A stretch of 64,000 nucleotides of DNA from Candidatus Omnitrophota bacterium (GTDB lineage: Bacteria; Omnitrophota; Gorgyraeia; Gygaellales; Profunditerraquicolaceae): assembly GCA_025453395.1 (NCBI GenBank), contig JALOQK010000002.1:149625-213624 (forward strand), given 5' to 3'. The position numbers and the translations under genes were made by a program. Below the pieces are notes generated by a model that was given only the letters and a program-made list of their open reading frames with translations, did not search any database and was not told where the DNA came from. Shown piece after piece: positions 45,864 to 54,486 of this stretch (position 1 is its first letter; every line of letters starts with the position of its first letter).

Positions 45864-45892
45864 TTTTTAGCGCGAAACAGCTTAAAAGTCAA
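45864..45892 (-). promoter_or_regulatory. Sigma-70-type promoter for glyQS, near-leaderless
   Basis: On the - strand: TTGACT, 17-bp spacer, TAAAAA, then 9 nt to the ATG. Confidence 0.35.
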
Positions 45893-45924
45893 GTCTTTTC
45901 AAAATACCTTAAGGCATCCAAATG

Positions 45925-46641
45925 CTAGTTTGTTGATTCAATTGTGGATATGATATCCAATGCTTTATTCAGGTCTAAAGTGGGCGGGATGTCCTTGATA
46001 TAAACACCGAAATAGTCTGCCTTTTCTCCTATAAAATTAAAATTAAAGTATCCGCCTTTTTTGCTCAAATTATAGGTAACAAAGCCCTTTTTGCCTGCAG
46101 AAGCAAACTCCATTATCTTCAAGTTTTCCTGTTCTCCTACGTCAGGGGTGAATATTGTTTTAATGATCAGAAAAAAGGCGTCATGCAGGTTTTTAACCTC
46201 GCTTATTTTTGCCTGCATAGTGCGCCTGATAAACTGGTAGTCGTTTACTACCGCGTCTTTCTTTACTTCCGGATAAAGCCGGATAAAGAAATCTTTAGGT
46301 TGATGCACGACGTAGATGATGGCTTTGTTTTCAGGCTTGTGCCATTTCTTATAATAGCGTTTAGTGGAAGTTTGCTTTACTACGGTAAATTCTTTGGGCA
46401 CGCTTATTTTTACATTTTCGACCTGAAATTGCTTAAGCTGGTCTATATAGCTTTGGTTGGGGACTGGCGCTTGGATCTTGCCTTCTATGGACATAGAAAA
46501 AACCGGTTGATCTTTGCCGTTGCCAAGGCCGGCGCGCACATACATCTGCAATAGCTTTGGCCCGGCGAATATAGCAATAAACCAGCCGCTCAAGCCGATA
46601 AAGATAAGTGTGGAAAATATTTTAAGAGGTTTTATTCTCAT
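45925..46641 (-). CDS. Membrane-anchored hypothetical protein
   Basis: N-terminal TM helix. No recognisable domain. Its start overlaps the panB stop. Confidence 0.5.
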   Translation of the reverse strand: MRIKPLKIFSTLIFIGLSGWFIAIFAGPKLLQMYVRAGLGNGKDQPVFSMSIEGKIQAPVPNQSYIDQLKQFQVENVKISVPKEFTVVKQTSTKRYYKKWHKPENKAIIYVVHQPKDFFIRLYPEVKKDAVVNDYQFIRRTMQAKISEVKNLHDAFFLIIKTIFTPDVGEQENLKIMEFASAGKKGFVTYNLSKKGGYFNFNFIGEKADYFGVYIKDIPPTLDLNKALDIISTIESTN

Positions 46642-47465
46642 GATTGTAATTTTTTCAGTTCCTCTTCTTTTATGGTGAAAGTGTGCTCTTTTCCGGGGAA
46701 TTTTTGCTGGATGACTTCATCTTTATAAAGCTCTACGGCTTTTTGTATTTGCGCGGAGAGATTTACGTATTGTTTGACAAATTTCGGCTTGAACCTGTCG
46801 CATAGGCCTAAAAGGTCGTGGATGACCAGGACCTGTCCGTCGCAATTAACCCCGGCGCCAATGCCGATTACCGGGATTTTTAATTTGTCGGTGATGATTT
46901 TGGCGATTTGTTCCGGCACACATTCAAGAACTAACGCGAAACAGCCTAACTGTTCAAGCTGTTCGGCTTGCTTAATCAGGTTTTCCGCAGCTTGGGCATC
47001 TTTGCCTTGGACTTTAAAGCCGCCGATTTTATCCACGGTTTGGGGGGTCAGCCCAATATGGCCGATAACCGGTATTTTCGCTTTCACGATTTCTTCGGTT
47101 GCCTGAAGGCATTTATCAAACCATTCTAGTTTTACCGCGTCGCAATTAGCTTCATCTATAAAACGCCTGGCATTGTCTTTTGCCTTAAGGTAGTCCAATT
47201 GGTAAGAATCAAAAGGCATGTCCCCCACCACAAGCGCGTGTTTGACTGCCCGCGTTACTGCTTTAGAGTGGTAGAGCATTTCTGTCATGCCTACTTTTGT
47301 CGTAGAGTCAAGCCCTAAAACTACATTGGCCAAGGAATCACCAACCAGGATCATATCTATTCCGGCTTTATCTACAAGCGCGGATGTAGGGTAATCATAG
47401 GCAGTCAACATTGTGATTTTGCGAGAGTGTTTTAGATTAAGAATATCTTGGATAGTGAGTTTCAT
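46638..47465 (-). CDS. panB: 3-methyl-2-oxobutanoate hydroxymethyltransferase
   Basis: Conserved KITMLTAYDY...ILVGDSL motif. Confidence 0.9.
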   Translation of the reverse strand: MKLTIQDILNLKHSRKITMLTAYDYPTSALVDKAGIDMILVGDSLANVVLGLDSTTKVGMTEMLYHSKAVTRAVKHALVVGDMPFDSYQLDYLKAKDNARRFIDEANCDAVKLEWFDKCLQATEEIVKAKIPVIGHIGLTPQTVDKIGGFKVQGKDAQAAENLIKQAEQLEQLGCFALVLECVPEQIAKIITDKLKIPVIGIGAGVNCDGQVLVIHDLLGLCDRFKPKFVKQYVNLSAQIQKAVELYKDEVIQQKFPGKEHTFTIKEEELKKLQS

Positions 47466-47470
47466 ATAAA

Positions 47471-47523
47471 TAAGTAAAAAGTTAAAAGTAAAAAGTCAAA
47501 AGTTCAAGTAAAAAGTCAAAAGT
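47471..47523. repeat. Tandem repeats of GTAAAAAGTCAAAAG (about 3.5 copies) in the panB upstream region
   Basis: gtaaaaagttaaaagtaaaaagtcaaaagttcaagtaaaaagtcaaaagtgg. On the - strand these give repeated TTGACTTTTTACTT units. Confidence 0.6.
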
Positions 47524-47536
47524 GGATCTAAAAAGA

Positions 47537-48901
47537 TCAGAGGTTATGTTTTATATATTTATCGATTTCCTCTGCGGCTTTCTTTCCCGCGCCCATTGCC
47601 GAGATAACTGTGTCAGCTCCGGTAGTGATATCCCCCCCGGCAAAAACGCCTTTAATAGAAGTCATGCAATTTTCATCTACAACAATTGTTCCATTTTTAT
47701 TTATGGCTAGGTCTTTGGTCAAGGCTGGTATAAGCGGGTTAGGATTTTGCCCTATTGCTACAATTAAGGTGTCAGCCTTTATATTAAATTCTGAGCCTTT
47801 AACCGGGACAGGCCTTTTTCTTCCGCTTGCGTCAGCATCGCCTAGTTCCATTTTAATACAAGCTATTTCTTTGATAAAGTTTTTTTCATCGGTAATTATT
47901 TTTACCGGCTGGGTAAGAAGTTTAAGATTTATTTGCTCTTCTTTGGCATGAGTGACTTCTTCGGCGCGCGCCGGCATTTCATTTTCGCTTCTTCGGTAAA
48001 CCAAAGTTACATTTTTATTCAGGCGCTTGGCGATACGGGCGCAGTCAATTGCGACATTGCCTGCTCCCACCACCACGACATTTTCTCCTATGTTTATCGG
48101 AGTTGCGTATTCAGGGAATTGATAGGCCTTCATCAGGTTTACGCGGGTTAAGAATTCATTTGCCGAATAAACTAAATTAGCATTTTCTCCCGGAATGCCC
48201 AATGTTTGCGGCAGGCCTGCCCCGGTTGCGATAAACACAGCCCGAAAGCCTTCTTTAAACAAGCCCTCTATTGTCTGGGTGCGGCCGATAAGCGCGTTAA
48301 GTTTTATATTTACGCCCAAACTTTTTATGTATTCCAATTCCCGGTCTAATATTTTTTTCGGTAAACGGAATTCCGGTATGCCGTAACGCAATACTCCGCC
48401 AGCTTGATGCAGTGATTCAAAGATAACAACCGCGTATCCGGATTTCGCCAGGTCCGCGGCGCAGGTTAATCCTGCCGGGCCGCTTCCCACGACGGCAACC
48501 TTATCTTTTTTGGCTTTGTTTTCGATTATACCCTGTTCCTGGCTTGCATAATCTGAGACATAGCGCTCAAGGGCCCCGATATTAATCGGCATATTCTTTT
48601 TCTGCAAAACACAAGCTTTTTCGCATTGATTTTCCTGCGGGCAGACCCTTCCGCAGACTGCCGGAAGGTTATTTTTTTCCAGAATCTTCTTTAATGCCTC
48701 TTCAGGCCTGTCTTCTTTAATCATTTTTATGAAATCCGGGATCTGAATGTTGACTGGACAGCCACTTATACAAGGTGAGTTTTTGCATTGCAAACAGCGG
48801 CCGGCCTCTTCTTTGGCCTGTTCTTTGGTAAGCCCCAAGGAAACCTCGCTAAAAGAAGAAAGCCGTTTTTGCATTTCTAAAGTAGCAGGATTTTTTCTCA
48901 T
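47537..48901 (-). CDS. nfnB: NADPH-dependent FAD oxidoreductase, GltD-like (NfnB / SudA-type large subunit)
   Basis: N-terminal two [4Fe-4S] Cys clusters, then two nucleotide-binding folds (VAVVGSGPAGL, VVVVGAGNVA). Confidence 0.75.
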   Translation of the reverse strand: MRKNPATLEMQKRLSSFSEVSLGLTKEQAKEEAGRCLQCKNSPCISGCPVNIQIPDFIKMIKEDRPEEALKKILEKNNLPAVCGRVCPQENQCEKACVLQKKNMPINIGALERYVSDYASQEQGIIENKAKKDKVAVVGSGPAGLTCAADLAKSGYAVVIFESLHQAGGVLRYGIPEFRLPKKILDRELEYIKSLGVNIKLNALIGRTQTIEGLFKEGFRAVFIATGAGLPQTLGIPGENANLVYSANEFLTRVNLMKAYQFPEYATPINIGENVVVVGAGNVAIDCARIAKRLNKNVTLVYRRSENEMPARAEEVTHAKEEQINLKLLTQPVKIITDEKNFIKEIACIKMELGDADASGRKRPVPVKGSEFNIKADTLIVAIGQNPNPLIPALTKDLAINKNGTIVVDENCMTSIKGVFAGGDITTGADTVISAMGAGKKAAEEIDKYIKHNL

Positions 48902-48903
48902 TT

Positions 48904-49728
48904 TTACAAAACAGTTTTTTCCTGGGTGTTAAATAATCTTAATCTTTGCGACAATTCGTTAAAATCAACTTTGTGCGCGTCAAAATCCGGCCCATCCACG
49001 CAGGCATATTTAGTTTTTCCGTCCACACTGCAACGGCAAGAGCCGCACATGCCGGTGGCATCTACCATGATCGGATTAAGGCTGGCGATAGTTTTAATGG
49101 AGTATTCTTTGGTCAGATCAGAAACCGCCTTCATCATCACTACCGGCCCGATCACATAAACTAAATCCGGGTATTTGGTGTGGGTGGATTTTTCTATTGA
49201 TGAAAACAATTCTTTTAATGGCTCGGTAACAAGGGATTTTCTCCCTAAAGACCCATCGTCGGTAGTAATGAATAATTCGTCTGAGAATCTTTTTACTTCT
49301 TCCTGGAGAATAAGTAGTTCCTGGGTGCGCGCTCCGATTATAGATAATACGCGGTTTCCCGCTTCTTTAAAAGCCTTTGCCACAGGGTAGATTTCGGCTA
49401 TTCCTACTCCTCCAGCTACGCAAACAACAGTCCCTATTTTTTCTGTTTCGGTGGGGTGCCCCAAAGGCCCCAAGATATGCGCAATAGAATCGCCTGCTTT
49501 AAGTTGTGAAAGTTTTTTGGTAGTTGCGCCGGCTATTTGGGCAATAAGCGTAATTGTCCCTTGCTGTTTATCCCAGTCTGAAAGAGTCAGCGGAATGCGT
49601 TCACCTTTATCGTCTATAAGTATAACTACGAATTGACCGGCCTTGGCGCTTGATGCGATTTGCTCTGCCTTAATAATAAGCTTGTTTACCGCGCTATTTA
49701 AGGGTTTATTTTCCAATATGGTGAACAT
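48904..49728 (-). CDS. nfnA: PyrK-like ferredoxin-NADP reductase subunit with [2Fe-2S] (NfnA / SudB-type small subunit)
   Basis: FAD/NAD-binding fold plus a C-terminal CGSCRC...C cluster. Directly upstream of the GltD-like gene. Confidence 0.75.
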   Translation of the reverse strand: MFTILENKPLNSAVNKLIIKAEQIASSAKAGQFVVILIDDKGERIPLTLSDWDKQQGTITLIAQIAGATTKKLSQLKAGDSIAHILGPLGHPTETEKIGTVVCVAGGVGIAEIYPVAKAFKEAGNRVLSIIGARTQELLILQEEVKRFSDELFITTDDGSLGRKSLVTEPLKELFSSIEKSTHTKYPDLVYVIGPVVMMKAVSDLTKEYSIKTIASLNPIMVDATGMCGSCRCSVDGKTKYACVDGPDFDAHKVDFNELSQRLRLFNTQEKTVL

Positions 49729-50728
49729 CTTTTTCCTCGATGATATTAACCTGCGCGTTTGGGAATTCTTTTAAAAGCTCTGCCGCGGGTTTTTTTCCTA
49801 AAACAAAAATCGCTGTAGAAAGCGCGTCTGCCTCAAGGGCGTTTTCAGAAACTACGCTTACTGATAAAATATTGTTTTGCGCCGGGCGTCCTGTCCGGGG
49901 ATCAAATATGTGCGTATAACGCACACCGTCTAAGATAAAAAACTGCTCGTAATCTCCGGAGGTAGAAATTCCCCGGTCTTTTAATTGCAGCCTCTTGATG
50001 TATTTCTTTGAGCGCGGTTTTTGTATGGCTACTTCCCATGGGATACCAGCTTTATCCCCTAAGCCATAGACCTGCCCGCCTAAATTTATTAGGCAGCTTT
50101 TTATGCCGGCTTCTTTTAATTTCTCTACCGCGCAATCTATAGCGTATCCTTTGGCGATTCCTCCTAAGTCAACGCTTGCTCCGGGAACAGTTAATTTTAC
50201 CACATTATCCTTAAGGTTAAAGATTAATTTTTTGCTGCCCACAAGTTTCAGGGCTTGCTTGATTTCTTCGTTTTTGGGCTTGCGGTATTTTTTGTCGCTA
50301 AAACCCCAAAGCTTAACGATTGGCCCCACGGTAATATCAAACGCGCCGCGGGTTATTTTAGAAAACCAGACTGATTTTTTAAGAAGGTCAAATGTTTCCT
50401 GGGAAACTTTGGCTTGAGAGTTTTTATTAAGCGCGTAGATTTCACTTTGTTCGTCGTATTTACTCATCAGTTTTTCTATGCGCTTTATTTCATCAAAGAC
50501 AATCTTTGCAGCGCGCGGATCATCAGAAGTTACTTCCGCGAAGGTGCCCATCAGTAGTTGAGTATCTTTATGAAAAGGTTCTCCATAACAGCACTGCATC
50601 AAAATTCCAAATCCCAATATCCAAATCCCAAATAAATTCCAAATCCCAATATCCAATCTTCCAAACCATTTTTTAGTTTGGTTATTTGGTGTTTTATGTT
50701 TGGTTATCGGTGTTTGATTATCGGTCAT
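49706..50728 (-). CDS. apbE: FAD:protein FMN transferase (ApbE family); start uncertain
   Basis: ApbE motifs (LMGT, DLGGIAKGYAID). The N-terminal 45 codons are encoded by a 16-bp tandem DNA repeat, so the start may instead be the ATG at about 50598. Confidence 0.75.
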   Translation of the reverse strand: MTDNQTPITKHKTPNNQTKKWFGRLDIGIWNLFGIWILGFGILMQCCYGEPFHKDTQLLMGTFAEVTSDDPRAAKIVFDEIKRIEKLMSKYDEQSEIYALNKNSQAKVSQETFDLLKKSVWFSKITRGAFDITVGPIVKLWGFSDKKYRKPKNEEIKQALKLVGSKKLIFNLKDNVVKLTVPGASVDLGGIAKGYAIDCAVEKLKEAGIKSCLINLGGQVYGLGDKAGIPWEVAIQKPRSKKYIKRLQLKDRGISTSGDYEQFFILDGVRYTHIFDPRTGRPAQNNILSVSVVSENALEADALSTAIFVLGKKPAAELLKEFPNAQVNIIEEKDVHHIGK

Positions 50729-50742
50729 TATTTGATCTTTGG

Positions 50743-52032
50743 TTATTTTCTGATTGTTTTTAGTAATTTCTCTAGTGGTAGCGTATTTAGAACGTCGCTT
50801 GTTTCAAGGCATCCTTTGCGCGCAACCCCAATACCAAGTTCCATAAATTTTAAATGTTCTATGCCGTGTGAATCAGTGTCTATTGATACGCGCACGCCAT
50901 TTTCTTTTGCCAGACGGCAGTGTTCGGGATTTAAGTCAAGACGGTTGGGAAAAGAATTTAGTTCTAAGGTAGTGTTGGTGTCCTTAGCTGTTTTTAATAA
51001 TTCCTTCATATTAATGTCCGAAGGATTACGCGATCCCGCTAATCTTCCGGTGGGGTGCGCGATAATATGCACATATTTATTTTTGCAAGCCAAGATAACG
51101 CGCTTGGTTATTTTCTCTTGTTCCTGCTTAAATCCGCTGTGTATGGCGGCAATGACAATATCAAACTGGGAGAGTATCGCATCGCTATAGTCAAGGCTTC
51201 CATCGCCCTTAATATCGGTTTCAGTTCCAAAAAGAACCTGAATGCCTTTAAGCTTTGCGTTTACTTTATCTATTTCCGCGCGTTTCTTTTTAAGTGCTTC
51301 CTCATCAAGGCCATTGGCAATTCTTAAACCCTGCGAATGGTCGGTAATGGCAATATAACTATATCCTCTCTCTTTGGCGGCAAGCGCCATTTCTTCTATG
51401 GAGCCTGCTCCGTCGGAGAATGTAGAATGCATGTGCAAGTCGCCTTTTATATCTTCAAGCTTGATCAGGTTGGGAAAGTTGCCTTGAGGCTTATAATTTA
51501 TGCTGTAGAGTTCGGTTAATTGCTTAAGGGTGAGTTTATCAAAGGCCTGTTTTTCTTTGGCTAAAAGAATTCCCTCTTTTATATTAAGAATAGTTTTTTC
51601 TTTGAAGCCGGCAACTTCGGAAAGCTTATTTTGCTTGAGCGCTTCTTCTAAAGAAGAAATACTTGTGATATTTAATTTTTGGTATAAGGTTTGCGCGGTT
51701 TTGGGGCCAATGGACGGCACAGAGGTTAATTCTAAGATTCCCGGAGGAAGAGATTTTCTTAGTTCTTCGTAGGTTTTGATGGTTCCGGTTGCGATATATT
51801 CTTTGATTTTCTCGGAGAGATCCGCTCCAATGCCGGGCAATTCACGCAAGGCGCCTTTGTTTGCGACTTCTTCAATTTCTTCTTCTAAGTTTTCTACTGT
51901 GCGGCTGGCGCGTTGATAGGCGCGAATCTTAAAAAAATTCTCACCCTTTATCTCCAATAATTCCGCAATCTGCTGAAATATCTCGGCAATTTCTGAATTT
52001 AACATGTTATTAGGATAAGCTGAATTTGCCAA
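50743..52032 (-). CDS. PolX-family N-terminal HhH region fused to a PHP phosphoesterase domain (no polymerase palm domain)
   Basis: N-terminal helix-hairpin-helix motifs (LPGIGADLSEKI, VPSIGPKTAQ), then PHP motifs (HMHSTFSDG, ITDH). At 429 aa it is too short for a full PolX. Confidence 0.7.
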   Translation of the reverse strand: MANSAYPNNMLNSEIAEIFQQIAELLEIKGENFFKIRAYQRASRTVENLEEEIEEVANKGALRELPGIGADLSEKIKEYIATGTIKTYEELRKSLPPGILELTSVPSIGPKTAQTLYQKLNITSISSLEEALKQNKLSEVAGFKEKTILNIKEGILLAKEKQAFDKLTLKQLTELYSINYKPQGNFPNLIKLEDIKGDLHMHSTFSDGAGSIEEMALAAKERGYSYIAITDHSQGLRIANGLDEEALKKKRAEIDKVNAKLKGIQVLFGTETDIKGDGSLDYSDAILSQFDIVIAAIHSGFKQEQEKITKRVILACKNKYVHIIAHPTGRLAGSRNPSDINMKELLKTAKDTNTTLELNSFPNRLDLNPEHCRLAKENGVRVSIDTDSHGIEHLKFMELGIGVARKGCLETSDVLNTLPLEKLLKTIRK

Positions 52033-52360
52033 TTTTCTCGCTCAGGTCGATTTTGCCCCGCCTTCGGCGTGGCCGGCAAAGGTCTCTCGTATTTTTGGCG
52101 GCTGCTGAACTCGTCGCATTTGCTCTAGCAAATGCTCCTCGGACAGCATCGCCGTCCCAAATTGCCGCGCCCGGTCGGTCGCGGCCTTGGGATTCTCAAA
52201 AATACTCGAGCTGCTTTGCCTAAAATTTCCATTCGCTCGAAAACTGTCAAATTCAGCTTAGTTTCGAGTTCTGAAACTATTTTTTAATTTCTTAATGCGC
52301 CTCCAGCAAAAACCCTTAAGCCACCAATGCTCACTTATATTTAGAACCGTCCCCCTTATT
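52033..52360. other. GC-rich, hairpin-rich intergenic segment; candidate structured ncRNA or decayed foreign fragment
   Basis: By eye GC is clearly higher than in the flanking DNA. It contains perfect hairpins gcatttgc-tcta-gcaaatgc, gccgcg-N10-cgcggc and agtttc-N8-gaaact. No convincing protein-coding signal. Confidence 0.25.
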
Positions 52361-53272
52361 TTAACTTGCTTCAATAGCTTTGACCAAATCTACAAGAAGA
52401 CTATTTACTGGAACTGGTATACCTAATTCCTGTCCTAAGCGTACAATAGTGCCATTTATAAAATCAATTTCGGTTTTTTTGTGACGTAAGATATCTTGAA
52501 GCATGGAGCAGATATTGCAAGCTGTGGTTTCGCAGACCGCCTCTACTTTGGCAAGCGGATCATCATAAATAAGCTTAATTCTTTTTCTCTTGGCTACCTT
52601 TACCGCTTCAATAACTGCCGCGCGCATTATTCTTTTGGTATTCTCAAGCTGCACTAATTTTCCATTCGGTAAACGAGTAATTGCCGCCAAAGGATTGATC
52701 CCGACATTAATGATAAGTTTAGACCAGAGAAGACCTTTAATGTCCCGGCAAAGTTTAGTTTCTATACCTGCTTTATTAAACGCTTCGCGGATATGGCGCA
52801 TTTCAACTGGCATTGAGCCGTCCATCAGGCCGATAGTTGTTTCACCAAGCCCGGCATGGCGGATGTAGCCCGGCTTAAGCCAAGTTGCCCCTAAACTGGT
52901 TGACCCGGCAATAACTTTTTCTTCGCCAAAGGCTTCGGAAATTATCTCAACATTTCCCAAACCATTCTGTAAGGTCAAGATTTTTGTGCGTTCCCCCACT
53001 AACGGGGCTATTTTTTCAATCGCGCTTTTAGTGTCATAGGATTTTACACAGATTATCACCAAGTCTGACGCGCCGATTTCTTTGGCCGATTCATTTACTT
53101 GGGCTTTAACCTGCCACTTTCCAGAAATCCCCTCAACATTTATCCCCTCTTTGTTTAAAGCGGCAGCGCGTGAGCTGTTTTTATCTAAGAAGAAAACTTC
53201 CTGTTTTGATTTGGCCAGTAACCCACCCAAGAGGCATCCTATTGCACCAGCGCCCACAATAGTGATTTTCAT
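52361..53272 (-). CDS. panE: 2-dehydropantoate 2-reductase (ketopantoate reductase)
   Basis: N-terminal Rossmann motif MKITIVGAGAIG and ApbA/PanE C-terminal domain. Confidence 0.8.
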   Translation of the reverse strand: MKITIVGAGAIGCLLGGLLAKSKQEVFFLDKNSSRAAALNKEGINVEGISGKWQVKAQVNESAKEIGASDLVIICVKSYDTKSAIEKIAPLVGERTKILTLQNGLGNVEIISEAFGEEKVIAGSTSLGATWLKPGYIRHAGLGETTIGLMDGSMPVEMRHIREAFNKAGIETKLCRDIKGLLWSKLIINVGINPLAAITRLPNGKLVQLENTKRIMRAAVIEAVKVAKRKRIKLIYDDPLAKVEAVCETTACNICSMLQDILRHKKTEIDFINGTIVRLGQELGIPVPVNSLLVDLVKAIEAS

Positions 53273-53273
53273 T

Positions 53274-54056
53274 TTAAACCTCCTCCACAAGAGCAGTTAA
53301 TTGCGGATCTTCAGTTATTTTTTCCGTTATTTTCTGCGCCTTAAGCTGTTTGTCCAGATGAAAAGTCAAGAAGGCGTTTAATATCGATTCCAGCTCCTTC
53401 TTTATTTCCGGGTTCATGCCTAAAGTTAAATTCGCGCGAAAATCATTTTTCTGAATATGCACAATCGACGCAGTTGTGCCGCGGAATATACTGCGCGCCT
53501 TTAAGTCTTTTTTAAAACACCTTTCGCATAAAAGCCCGCCCATAACAAGGGAGAATTTTGACTGGTCAAAGATCTTGTTGTTGCAGGAAACGCAGGAGTC
53601 AAAATTAGGCTTAAATCCTGACAGGGCAAGCGACTTTATTTTAAAGATGGTCAGGATCTTTTCCGGATTAGGATAGGTTTCCAATTCTTTTAAGCAAATA
53701 AACGCCAGATCAAAAAGCGATTCGTTTTTATCTTCTTCCTGCGTCAGGGCATCCAGAAGCTCTACTATGGAGCTGGCCATGGAGATCTTAGAAAGGTTGG
53801 AGCGGATATTGGTAAAGTTATCCTTTAAGTCGCAGTGTGACACAAGATGCAAAGTGGAATGCCGGCTTTGATAGAAGATGATCTCGTTTAGGGAGAATAT
53901 CTCCACCGTGCTGGCGAATTTCTTAGGGTCCTTGCGGATGCCTTTTAACAGCCCGTGCACTTTGCCAAATTCGCGGGTGTAGAAATGCGCGATTAGCGAT
54001 GTCTCGCGAAAATCAAATTTCCTTAATACGATTGCTTCGTTCTTGAGTATGGCCAT
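53274..54056 (-). CDS. recO: DNA repair protein RecO
   Basis: N-terminal OB fold (EAIVLRKFDFRETSLI) and a C-terminal Cys4 zinc motif (CVSC...CERC). Confidence 0.85.
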   Translation of the reverse strand: MAILKNEAIVLRKFDFRETSLIAHFYTREFGKVHGLLKGIRKDPKKFASTVEIFSLNEIIFYQSRHSTLHLVSHCDLKDNFTNIRSNLSKISMASSIVELLDALTQEEDKNESLFDLAFICLKELETYPNPEKILTIFKIKSLALSGFKPNFDSCVSCNNKIFDQSKFSLVMGGLLCERCFKKDLKARSIFRGTTASIVHIQKNDFRANLTLGMNPEIKKELESILNAFLTFHLDKQLKAQKITEKITEDPQLTALVEEV

Positions 54057-54057
54057 T

Positions 54058-54477
54058 TTAGAGGTTTTGTAGTATTTTTGAAGCTTTGTTTTGCATGAGT
54101 TCCCGCTTCATTGCGGTATTGTCATCATAGCCTAAAAGATGTAAGCATCCGTGGGCCACGTATAGGTACAGCTCATCTAAATCTTCTGTTTTGTAAGCTT
54201 TGGCGTTTATTTTTGCCTGTTGGGCGGATATGGCGATTTCCCCTGTTTCTTCAATGTTAAATGCCAAGACATCAGTGGGATGGTCAGCCTTCAGGTGTTT
54301 TTTGTTAAGCTTTTTTATCTTTTGATTATCCATCAAACAGATATTTATCTTTCGCAATAAGGCATCAGATTGACTTTTAAGCGCCAGTAACACTATCTTC
54401 TTGATGTTTTTTATTTCTTTGGCGCCTAAACGGATATTTTTTTGTAGGTTAAGGATGTTTATTTCTGGTTTTTGCAC
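54058..54477 (-). CDS. ybeY: rRNA maturation endoribonuclease YbeY
   Basis: HGCLHLLGYDD motif. About 139 aa. Confidence 0.9.
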   Translation of the reverse strand: MQKPEINILNLQKNIRLGAKEIKNIKKIVLLALKSQSDALLRKINICLMDNQKIKKLNKKHLKADHPTDVLAFNIEETGEIAISAQQAKINAKAYKTEDLDELYLYVAHGCLHLLGYDDNTAMKRELMQNKASKILQNL

Positions 54478-54486
54478 GTGGCTTTT

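Noticed and set aside
52026-52223. 65-aa + strand ORF in the GC-rich intergenic island
   Set aside because: Arg/Ala/Pro-rich with no RBS. It is consistent with chance ORFs in GC-rich non-coding sequence. The region is treated as a candidate ncRNA instead.
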